64,000 bases of DNA from Methylococcales bacterium (GTDB lineage: Bacteria; Pseudomonadota; Gammaproteobacteria; Methylococcales; Methylomonadaceae), in assembly GCA_028713055.1 (NCBI GenBank), contig JAQTOX010000001.1:3988-67987 (forward strand), read 5' to 3'. The notes beneath the pieces were generated by a model. It ran no database searches and was not told the DNA's origin. It saw only the letters and a program-made list of their open reading frames with translations. The position numbers and the translations under genes are program-made. Position 1 is the stretch's first letter. Each line of letters starts with the position of its first letter. Positions 45,576 through 53,631 of this stretch are shown piece after piece.

Positions 45576-47176
45576 GGTTTTTTCGCCTGAAAATAATCGA
45601 AATAATAAGTGAGTTGCATCGAGCCTAGATATTCATTGGTGAGTTGTGAATTGTTGATATAACTGGCTTTCAACGCCACAACCCAATTGTTTTTAATCAT
45701 CGTTTGCCATTCTGTTTCAACGCCTGTGGCAAAATTTTCGGGATACAAATTTTTCTTTTCATCGCGAAACGCTAGATTCACGCTGTAACGATTTTTACTA
45801 TCGAGTGCGTGGGTATGCGAAACATAAAAACTCGTCGCGTATTCGCCACTGTTCAATTCCAAATAATCGACTGTACCTTGCCAAGTGACATTCGGTTTAA
45901 ATTGGTAACTCACGCTGGCATTCGCGCCATAACCGTTATAACCCGTTTTGCGATCGGCAACTTGAACGCCTGCCGAATAACGCAAATCACTGGAAAAACG
46001 ATGCTCCACCGAACCGCGCCAAATTTGTTGTTCACCCAGCGCGTAAGCCGAATAAAAACGATCTCGAAAGGTGACATAAGGTTGAACAGGTCGATAGGCT
46101 TCGTAATAATTTCGCAACCGCACATTTTTAAAAACATCCCACCATGAATCGACAAACACATTTTCAAGGCGATTTTTTTCACTGGCGTAAGAACCTTTAA
46201 CGTAAATTTCAAACGGCTTTTTTTCACCGAGTAAATTACCCGTTAAATGCGTTGCGGCGTTATAGCGATATGTCGTCAACGTGCGTTTTCTAAGTGTTTG
46301 CGTTGGCATACCTAATACGTCGAAATTCGCATTTGTGGCAGGTTGATTTTCAACAGTTGTCGCTTCAATCGGTTGCGGCGTTTCAATCGCGTCGAAATTG
46401 TTATTGACCAAACTTTCATTAAATGTTGGCGAAAGTAACGTGTCTTCTGGATTGCTTGTGGTTTTTGGTGCTTCAACAACCGCGTTAGTATCAACATCTT
46501 TCACTTCTGTTTTAGGCGAAATTGGTTGAATTACATTTTGTAAAAATGTTTCGTTACGTTGAACCACTTGCATGCCAAAACGGAAATCAGTTTTTTCTAA
46601 TTTAAACCATGAGGTTGAAAAATTTGGAGAAAGATTTAACGCGCTTTCAATGCCTCCAACCAAATTACCGCGTAACGATTGAACGTGATCAACTTGCAAC
46701 GGTCGACCGCCATAAATCTCAAAACTCAACGGCGTTGAAACTTGATATTGTGCTGTTGCGCCATCAACTAAATACAAGCCTAAATTGTCGCTTTTTTCAA
46801 ACCGTCCACCGCGTAATGTCACGGGTAAAAAGTCAAAACTCTTTTCGGCATACGCCTGATAAAGCCGTTGTTTGTCGCGGTAAATATCGGTACTTAAACG
46901 ACTTACTGCGCTAATTTGTGCATTCAACTTTTGATTCGGATTGTTATAAACGAGTTGCCCCCAAACTTCACCCGTGTAATCACCATTTTGCATATCGTAG
47001 CGATTGTCGGTCTGCATTTTTGTACGTATTGAACCCCGCCAACTGTCGTTTTGGTCGGCGGCGAAAGTGTTTGTTGCCAATGCCGACAGCAAAGCAAATC
47101 CCCCAACCCCCTTCAAAAAGGGGGCTTTCTTATCTCTCCCCTTTGAAGGGGGGCGAGGGGGATGTGCTTTAATCAT
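45572..47176 (-). CDS. Outer-membrane beta-barrel protein (porin component; start taken at Met 47176, track ORF to 47224, possible TTG start inside the element)
   Basis: No Cys. Alternating hydrophobic/aromatic beta-strand pattern throughout (for example RYSAGVQVADRK, ANASVSYQF, WQGTVDYLEL, YATSFYVSHTHAL, RYSVNLAFRD, WVVALKASYIN, GSMQLTYYF). Signal-like GVGGFALLSALATNTFA-ADQ. One long P/T/N/E-rich loop. Confidence 0.75.
   Translation of the reverse strand: MIKAHPPRPPSKGRDKKAPFLKGVGGFALLSALATNTFAADQNDSWRGSIRTKMQTDNRYDMQNGDYTGEVWGQLVYNNPNQKLNAQISAVSRLSTDIYRDKQRLYQAYAEKSFDFLPVTLRGGRFEKSDNLGLYLVDGATAQYQVSTPLSFEIYGGRPLQVDHVQSLRGNLVGGIESALNLSPNFSTSWFKLEKTDFRFGMQVVQRNETFLQNVIQPISPKTEVKDVDTNAVVEAPKTTSNPEDTLLSPTFNESLVNNNFDAIETPQPIEATTVENQPATNANFDVLGMPTQTLRKRTLTTYRYNAATHLTGNLLGEKKPFEIYVKGSYASEKNRLENVFVDSWWDVFKNVRLRNYYEAYRPVQPYVTFRDRFYSAYALGEQQIWRGSVEHRFSSDLRYSAGVQVADRKTGYNGYGANASVSYQFKPNVTWQGTVDYLELNSGEYATSFYVSHTHALDSKNRYSVNLAFRDEKKNLYPENFATGVETEWQTMIKNNWVVALKASYINNSQLTNEYLGSMQLTYYFDYFQAKKP
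47091..47170. repeat. 80-nt palindromic (MITE/RPE-like) element, full copy
   Basis: aaagcaaatcccccaacccccttcaaaaaggggg...cccctttgaaggggggcgagggggatgtgcttt. It has the same length and architecture as the copy at 43918-43997. Confidence 0.8.
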
Positions 47177-47402
47177 CTTTAGTGCGGATTTCAAACGGTT
47201 CAAGCCCTTGCTTGCGTTGTTCACGGCGTTTTTTTAATGCCAAACCCGTGAACGTCGCCACTGCAATAATGCAACTTCCGCAACCTGCACACGTTCCAAT
47301 TTTCGGCACAGTGCAAGCCGTCGCTAATAATCCCTGACTCAATGCAACGCCCGAACCTGTGAGCCACGGCAATGATTGGGCGACTAAATCGGATGTTTTC
47401 AT
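47169..47402 (-). CDS. Small Cys-rich membrane protein (77 aa), unknown function
   Basis: Two hydrophobic segments flank CTVPKIGTCAGCGSC (CX8CX2CX2C), with a basic C-terminal tail. Its ATGA overlaps the upstream gene, and its stop lies in the palindromic element. Confidence 0.55.
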   Translation of the reverse strand: MKTSDLVAQSLPWLTGSGVALSQGLLATACTVPKIGTCAGCGSCIIAVATFTGLALKKRREQRKQGLEPFEIRTKDD

Positions 47403-50050
47403 TTTTTCAAATCCACTAAAACCGCACGTTCTGGCAATTGCGTCAGCGATAAAATAACGTAATTCGATTTAACAGCGATAATTTCAGCGGGAATGCGGGT
47501 TTTAGGTGGGTCAATAATGTTGCCGCTAACTAAATTTACCGCGAATAATCCCACTTCATTTGGCGCAGTCGCATAACCGTCGTAAGGTAATTTAACAAAC
47601 AACTTTTCTTTGCCAAGCGAGCAAATTAGCGCATCGTTTAAACAACGTGATTGAAAATAAAATACGGAACTTGAAACTTCACCTTGCGATAATGTGCTAA
47701 CTTTTTTATTTCCAACGAACGCAAAATCCATCCAATCTGAAGCGATAATTTCAAAACGATAATTCGGTAAAATAGCTTTATTTGCATTGGTGTAGTTTGC
47801 AGCCAGCCAGATATTTTTGACGTTGTCGCCTGTTAAATTATTCTTAAAAACAAAGGCTTTTCGAGTAAGTTGCGCGGCAAGTGTTGTTTTTACATCGGTA
47901 TCCAAATCCTTCAAAATATCATCTCGTGCCATGACTTGAAATTCGCCCGAAACGGCATTTATTTTGTTGCTTTGCAATTGTGAGGTAAATGGATTTAGTT
48001 TTGTTTCATACAAAACATCATCGATATTTTCGACAATTTTGCCGTCATCTGAGAGTTTGAAATATGGCATTGCTAATTTCACAACGCCTTCTTTAATCAG
48101 TTTTGGATACGCTGTTTTATCGTTTAATTCTGCGACCACACGAACATTGTTTTTGCCAAAAATTCCCGAGTCAGAAAGTGCCGAATTGATTGAACCGTTA
48201 CGTTTGCGTTCATGACAATCGGTGCAAGGCATCGTATCCGCGATAGGGCGCGTGTTGTGACTGATTAAATACTCATTCGTTTCAGTCCAAATCATTTGTG
48301 CATTGGGCTTTTGAAAACCTTTTGCTTTGAGCAAATCATCAAAACGTTTTTTCAGCTCTTTCACGTCTTGATAACTTTTTGGTTCGCTATCCACTCCGTT
48401 TGTAACTTCTAAACGTTCGGCTTGCGTTAAAACACGCTGATTTGTACTGTCTACCCAATAATAACGGCTCGCAGGATTGTACGGCATAATGCGCGACTTT
48501 CCATCTTCAGAGGGTCGATAACGAAAACGTGGTTTGAGTGGTTTATCTTGATATGCCAATTTATATGCCAATTTTGTGATATGGCACGTTTGACAGGCAA
48601 CGGAATTGAAATGCACTTGCACCGTTCTATCCAGTGTTCGTTCGGCATAACCCACCATATCGCCTCTATTCCGCCACAATTCACGATGGGCATCTAAAAT
48701 TGTCGCCAAACCCGAATGCGGCCATGCTGGTTTTTCAGGACTTCCGTAAGTTTGAACCCCGTGGCAATGCTCACATGACAATGGTTTAGGCTGATTATTC
48801 AAATCGCGACGCACATCTTCATCGGAAAATCCCGTTAAAAACTGATGATCCGCACTTAAATCCAGAGCTTTTTTGTAATAATTTTTTGCGTGACAGGCTT
48901 CGCAATTTTCAATCGAACGAACGGTGCCTTTTTCTGTCCACGATTTGCCTTTGTGAACATCGTCGCGCGTATCTACAACATTTGCGTCTACTTTTGCCGC
49001 GTCGCCAAAACCGTAAAAACCGCGTCGTTGTTCGCTAGTTGAATGACATAACATACAATTTTCGCTGGCTGGAAAACGCAACATAGGAATTTGTGCATCG
49101 CCGTTTGCGTCAAAAGCGGCTTCATCCCATTTCAAAACCGGTTCAGCATGTTCAGGTGTTTCAAGTGTGGCTAACGTTTGACCGTCTACGCTATCAGGCA
49201 ATAAATCTAAAAACGCAAAAATTGCCGAATTCGCATAACGAAACCAGCCGTTTTTGATAATTTGCACGTTGCGTTGTGTTTTCCATTCAGAAACGGGACG
49301 TTTGAACTTAGAAATATCCGCGTGGCAAGCCATACAGTCGGGTTCAATTACCCCGCTTTTTTGCCAATCCCATTGTTCAATTTTTTTGCCATTCCACTCG
49401 AAATAATCGCCGTCTAAAAAAGAAACTGCATTTTCAGGTTGTGAGTCGTAACGTTTTCCAACACGGTCTTTTTCAGCAAACCCCCCGCCAGTGTGACATT
49501 CTTCACAATTTTTAATCAAACCGACTGCGCCGTAGTCTAAAAAATCGGCTTCTTTCGTCGTCATTTTTTTACTTAACCACGAAGGATTATTGCCGTTTTG
49601 GCAACTGTAACCACCGAAATAAGCAGGTGAAGTCAGTGCTGCTAAACCACGACGAAGTCCAAATTTATCATCACTTTCATCGCGTCCCATTTCAAAGTGA
49701 TAAGCGTGACTAATTTTATCAATATCATGACAACCCGCTCCGCCACCACAACTGGTACGAGTGCTATAAGGTTTTTGGGAATCCAAAACGTGTTGCCCAG
49801 TTTCATCTAACAACGGAATTGCGGGATGGATTGTGGGGAAGTCGACGGTATTTCCAATTGCTGAATTTGTTGTGGCAACGACTGGCGGCATCATTGTCAC
49901 AGGCATCGTTATCGATGGTGTTGATATTGGCGCGATTTCATAGGTGGGCGTATATCCAGACAAATCTTCGCCATCGTCAGCCCACACATTTGAAAATGGA
50001 AATGCGAACAATAAAATTGCGAAAAAAAGTTGCTGAATGACGAAGTGCAT
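47399..50050 (-). CDS. Large multihaem c-type cytochrome (883 aa, 7 CxxCH + one CX5CH) with a non-haem C-terminal domain; first gene of the operon
   Basis: Signal peptide MHFVIQQLFFAILLFAFPFSNVWA and a Pro/Thr-rich linker. Motifs CEECH, CMACH, CMLCH, CEACH, CEHCH, CQTCH and CTDCH, plus CGGGAGCH at 49727-49750. The last ~270 aa lack haem motifs. Confidence 0.85.
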   Translation of the reverse strand: MHFVIQQLFFAILLFAFPFSNVWADDGEDLSGYTPTYEIAPISTPSITMPVTMMPPVVATTNSAIGNTVDFPTIHPAIPLLDETGQHVLDSQKPYSTRTSCGGGAGCHDIDKISHAYHFEMGRDESDDKFGLRRGLAALTSPAYFGGYSCQNGNNPSWLSKKMTTKEADFLDYGAVGLIKNCEECHTGGGFAEKDRVGKRYDSQPENAVSFLDGDYFEWNGKKIEQWDWQKSGVIEPDCMACHADISKFKRPVSEWKTQRNVQIIKNGWFRYANSAIFAFLDLLPDSVDGQTLATLETPEHAEPVLKWDEAAFDANGDAQIPMLRFPASENCMLCHSTSEQRRGFYGFGDAAKVDANVVDTRDDVHKGKSWTEKGTVRSIENCEACHAKNYYKKALDLSADHQFLTGFSDEDVRRDLNNQPKPLSCEHCHGVQTYGSPEKPAWPHSGLATILDAHRELWRNRGDMVGYAERTLDRTVQVHFNSVACQTCHITKLAYKLAYQDKPLKPRFRYRPSEDGKSRIMPYNPASRYYWVDSTNQRVLTQAERLEVTNGVDSEPKSYQDVKELKKRFDDLLKAKGFQKPNAQMIWTETNEYLISHNTRPIADTMPCTDCHERKRNGSINSALSDSGIFGKNNVRVVAELNDKTAYPKLIKEGVVKLAMPYFKLSDDGKIVENIDDVLYETKLNPFTSQLQSNKINAVSGEFQVMARDDILKDLDTDVKTTLAAQLTRKAFVFKNNLTGDNVKNIWLAANYTNANKAILPNYRFEIIASDWMDFAFVGNKKVSTLSQGEVSSSVFYFQSRCLNDALICSLGKEKLFVKLPYDGYATAPNEVGLFAVNLVSGNIIDPPKTRIPAEIIAVKSNYVILSLTQLPERAVLVDLKK

Positions 50051-50194
50051 TAAACCTGTTTGTCCAAAAATAAAAGTAAAAGTGAATTTGAACAGTAAGA
50101 GCAGGATTTAATCCAATAACAAAAAAAACCAACTAAATAAATATGTTATTACTAATTTTAAATTTTAAAAAGGCGACGGTGGTGGTCGAATTGC

Positions 50195-50235
50195 GGCATA
50201 TCGCTTACTTGAAAAATAAAACTAGGCGATATACC
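50195..50235. promoter_or_regulatory. Imperfect inverted repeat (ggcatatcgc N20 ggcgatatacc) in the divergent intergenic region
   Basis: Paralogous to the perfect 12-bp inverted repeat at 53441-53483. It lies about 145 nt from the minus-operon start and about 160 nt from the 50395 start. Confidence 0.5.
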
Positions 50236-50394
50236 AGAATAACAAATTGTAAAGAGCAAAAAATACCAAAAATGCGACGTAATAAATTGAATTTAAAAGG
50301 CTATTTTCAAGGGCATAGTTATTGTTAGAAACCTAAATGTTACTAATTTTTAGTAGCGTTTTTACACAAAACTAATTTTAAAAAAGGAGGGTTT

Positions 50395-53355
50395 ATGCCC
50401 GATAGAAAAATTCAGACACATCGGCACAAGCGCAGATTAGGTTTAATCGCGTTTGCGCCGGTGATAGCCGTAATGGCAATCGCATCGCCGATGGTTCAAG
50501 CGGGTGTTGATGTAAAAGCTCCGACTTGCAAAATTCTTACGCCAAAAACGGGTGTCGTTTTTACTGCGAACAAAGACGTTTCATTTTCAGCGCAAGCTTC
50601 GTTAAAAGACCCAATAGCAAATCCGTTGAAATATGAATGGGATTTTTCTGGCGGGGTGATGGGCGAGTTAATTCCTGATTCTAATCCAGCCGTTTATAAA
50701 CGCCCTGACGGTTTAAAAACCACAGTGCAATTTGTCCGAGATAATGCGCGTTACACCGTACATTTCAGCGCAATGGATGCACAAAAACGCCGTTGCGAAT
50801 CTATTATTGAAGTCGTTGTCGGAACACCGCCAACAGGGTTGCCGGATGTATCGGCAATGGTTAAAGATTCACAGAAAAACGCGCCTAAAACTGGCAGTGA
50901 ACTGGCAGGAACTAAGAATGACATAGTTGTTTTGCCGTTTGAAGAATGGACATATCAAAATTCTAGCGATATGCGTTTGTTGTCTAATGGCTGGAGTTCA
51001 GCGTCACCGTTAGTAAATAATCTAAAATCGTATGCGTTTAAAAAAGACCGTTTACCCGTATTTTTAGATGACACCGCTGTAGAATTACGTTATTCCGCCG
51101 CATCAAATCCGGTTGATCCTGTCGGTAAAGATTCGATTAACACCACTAGTCAAAATTATCCATTAACTGCCAATTTGATTGATGCAAAAATTCAGAAAAC
51201 TGATATGTGGCAAATGCCACCTGCACGCACAGCGGCTGAAAAATCCAAGGATTATTTTGCTTGTTCATGGGCAATGACGGCTTATTGGGTTGCATACGGT
51301 TGCGGTGCATCTCAAGGATTGCCAACGGTTGACGAAGGTTATTTTAAAGCAAAAGTAGATAAAGCCACGGGTAAGGTAAGTCCTGATGATCAAAATAATC
51401 TTGAACACGGATTATTTATGCCAGGTAAAACCAAATCGTATGCAACAAATACGGCACAATCATTTTCACAATTTCAGGCAGATGAACAAGTATTTGCTGC
51501 GAATTTTTTACCCGTCACCGATATTGACGACAAAGGGCGCGTAAATCCTTTCCCTTTATGGCGCGTTGAAGCGGTTGATAAAGGATCACAAAAAGTGGTC
51601 GCAAAAACCGATGCTGTCACCAGCACCAGTAAAGACTTTAAGTGTCGTGAATGTCATGCAAAAGGAAAAATAGCTGCAAATCCAGATGCGCCGTACACAA
51701 AAGAAGCCTTCAATTCCAGTGCATACGGTAAGTTTGCGGAAAAACAAAAACCTACATCTGCTGACAAAATCTTAAGTAAACCCAAGTTTTTTAGCGTGGC
51801 TGATTCCAACGGCAAAGAAAACAGTTTATTCGATCAAGAATACGCTGCTGCCTTGAATTATTCGAGCATTCACCAGTTCTACGACAAAATTACTTTTCTC
51901 GACCAAATGTTAGATAAAGACGTGGATGATAAAGGTAAAGTGAACAGAGATACGCCCAGAGCCTGCTATGGTTGTCATGCCACCGCAATAAGTTTTACGC
52001 CGTTCAAAACGCCGTGGTGGGATGAAGAAGGTTTCGACAATAAAAACCCCGCTTATGCCCCTAGTTATTCAATTGCAATGCACCGTTTTCATGGTGAATT
52101 GCAATACAACGACAAAAAAACCGATATTGTCCGTGATAAAACAGGCAAATTTGTACGTTGGGATTGGAAAACGAAAGGCACGAATAATAGCGACAAAAGT
52201 TTATTTCCTGTTTTCGACAAAGAAGGCAAACAGCTTCCGATGGAAGATAACTGTTTGAAATGTCACAGCGGACATCGTGAACAGTTGTATCGTGACCGGA
52301 TGTACACCGCTGGCGTGAGTTGTTTTGATTGTCACGGCGATATGTTAGCAGTAGGTCAAGCCTTCCCTAAAAATTACCTCGATAACAAAGCAAAACTAGG
52401 TTCAACTGAACGTGATGATTATCGCGTGCCTTGGTACGACGAGCCTGATTGTGGTTCTTGCCATGTTGGTAATGCGAATATCGGTAACGATAAAAAGAAC
52501 GGTTTTTTCAGTGCAGGTGTCATGACAAAAGCATTTGATACGACTGATTTATCAGCAACGCCACGCCTTGCAGATAAAGAAAATCCTGACACGCAACGTT
52601 TTACTGCCGCGCCGATAGAAAATTATAAGACGAAGTTTGAAACGGATTTTTACTCTGGAGTCGATACCAAAACAGGCGATTTCCAAACTAAAAAAGTTGA
52701 TACCAAAGTTGATTCTGCTTTGTTTAGACAAGGTAAAGATAGACACGGTAACGTTGCATGCGCGGCGTGTCATGGTGCAGCTCATGCGGTTTGGCCAAAT
52801 CGGGATCCTAACGCAAATGACAACGTGACGGCGTTGCAATTGCAAGGTCACACAGGAACAATTTTGGAATGTAATGTTTGCCACAGCGCGGATTCGTTCA
52901 AAAATGAAGCTGATTTAGATGGCGGTCAATACAGTGGCGATGCAACTGTAGGAATTCTCGGTGGTCCTCATAATACACATCCAGTAAATGATCCGTATTG
53001 GTGGAAAGACTCACAATCTCCAGATGATGTGAACGTGAGTGATGGAAAAACCTATGGTGGTTGGCATAATAATTATGCCCAAAAAGCAGGTGCAAAAGAT
53101 GAAGATCAATGCGCGGCTTGTCATGGTAATGACCATAAGGGTACACGTTTATCAAAAACACCCGTGGATAGAACCTTTGATTTTAGTAGCTTTGATTTCG
53201 CTCGATTACAAAAAGCGGGTTTCAAAGCCAAAGTAATTAACGTTCCAGCGGGAACACCGATCGGTTGCGATACCTGTCATAGCATTAAAACCAGTTGTGT
53301 CAATTCGCCAGCGGGTAGCTCGTGTGGCGTTACTTCAGAAACAGTGACAAAGTAA
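50395..53355 (+). CDS. Giant multihaem c-type cytochrome with an N-terminal PKD-like domain (986 aa, 9 CxxCH)
   Basis: Signal peptide. PKD-like YEWDFSGG region. Motifs CRECH, CYGCH, CLKCH, CFDCH, CGSCH, CAACH, CNVCH, CAACH and CDTCH. RBS aggaggg. Confidence 0.9.
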   Translation: MPDRKIQTHRHKRRLGLIAFAPVIAVMAIASPMVQAGVDVKAPTCKILTPKTGVVFTANKDVSFSAQASLKDPIANPLKYEWDFSGGVMGELIPDSNPAVYKRPDGLKTTVQFVRDNARYTVHFSAMDAQKRRCESIIEVVVGTPPTGLPDVSAMVKDSQKNAPKTGSELAGTKNDIVVLPFEEWTYQNSSDMRLLSNGWSSASPLVNNLKSYAFKKDRLPVFLDDTAVELRYSAASNPVDPVGKDSINTTSQNYPLTANLIDAKIQKTDMWQMPPARTAAEKSKDYFACSWAMTAYWVAYGCGASQGLPTVDEGYFKAKVDKATGKVSPDDQNNLEHGLFMPGKTKSYATNTAQSFSQFQADEQVFAANFLPVTDIDDKGRVNPFPLWRVEAVDKGSQKVVAKTDAVTSTSKDFKCRECHAKGKIAANPDAPYTKEAFNSSAYGKFAEKQKPTSADKILSKPKFFSVADSNGKENSLFDQEYAAALNYSSIHQFYDKITFLDQMLDKDVDDKGKVNRDTPRACYGCHATAISFTPFKTPWWDEEGFDNKNPAYAPSYSIAMHRFHGELQYNDKKTDIVRDKTGKFVRWDWKTKGTNNSDKSLFPVFDKEGKQLPMEDNCLKCHSGHREQLYRDRMYTAGVSCFDCHGDMLAVGQAFPKNYLDNKAKLGSTERDDYRVPWYDEPDCGSCHVGNANIGNDKKNGFFSAGVMTKAFDTTDLSATPRLADKENPDTQRFTAAPIENYKTKFETDFYSGVDTKTGDFQTKKVDTKVDSALFRQGKDRHGNVACAACHGAAHAVWPNRDPNANDNVTALQLQGHTGTILECNVCHSADSFKNEADLDGGQYSGDATVGILGGPHNTHPVNDPYWWKDSQSPDDVNVSDGKTYGGWHNNYAQKAGAKDEDQCAACHGNDHKGTRLSKTPVDRTFDFSSFDFARLQKAGFKAKVINVPAGTPIGCDTCHSIKTSCVNSPAGSSCGVTSETVTK

Positions 53356-53394
53356 CACGAATACCATCGTCAAATTGGTGATTTAAAAAGAGGT

Positions 53395-53421
53395 GAGTCT
53401 ATTTTTAGACTCCCTTTTTTT
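53395..53421 (+). terminator. Rho-independent terminator
   Basis: gagtcta (53395-53401) pairs with tagactc (53406-53412), then a T7 run at 53415-53421. Confidence 0.7.
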
Positions 53422-53440
53422 ATGACCCTATTTTTTAATA

Positions 53441-53483
53441 TGGCATATCGCCTATTCTTCAAAGATAAGTGGGCGATATGCCA
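53441..53483. promoter_or_regulatory. Perfect 12-bp inverted repeat (tggcatatcgcc N19 ggcgatatgcca) in the leader of the second giant cytochrome gene
   Basis: The arms at 53441-53452 and 53472-53483 are exact reverse complements. It is conserved with 50195-50235. Confidence 0.6.
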
Positions 53484-53631
53484 CAATTTGTTGCATATTT
53501 TTCACAAGGTTACGTCTAATAAATTGAATTTTAAGGTTAACTTTAAAGGCGCGATTTTTGCGAATTAAATGGAGTTGCTGGTTCTAGCAGCGTTTTTACA
53601 CAAAAATTATTTTTAAAATCTAGGAGGGCTT

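Noticed and set aside
37131-49600. Numerous 60-110-aa alternative-frame ORFs inside the cytochrome genes, for example 37665..37901, 38268..38522, 41611..41916, 44603..44839, 45809..46147 and 47964..48215.
   Set aside because: All are nested in long ORFs with unmistakable CxxCH, NHL or beta-barrel signatures. None has motifs or signals of its own.
50143-50328. 61-aa ORF in the divergent intergenic region.
   Set aside because: It lies in an AT-rich promoter/leader region and gives a Lys/Arg/Asn-rich junk translation. It spans the conserved inverted repeat that is shared with the non-coding leader at 53441-53483.
50395-50500. Twin-arginine (Tat) signal suggested by RRLGL in both giant cytochromes.
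   Set aside because: c-type cytochromes are matured after Sec export. The context (HKRRLGLIAF) does not fit the S/T-R-R-x-F-L-K consensus well, so I treat it as an ordinary basic n-region.
53441-53500. A sigma-54 promoter suggested by TGGCAT in the inverted repeat and TTGCAT nearby.
   Set aside because: The GG-N10-GC spacing of the -24/-12 elements is not met in either leader copy.
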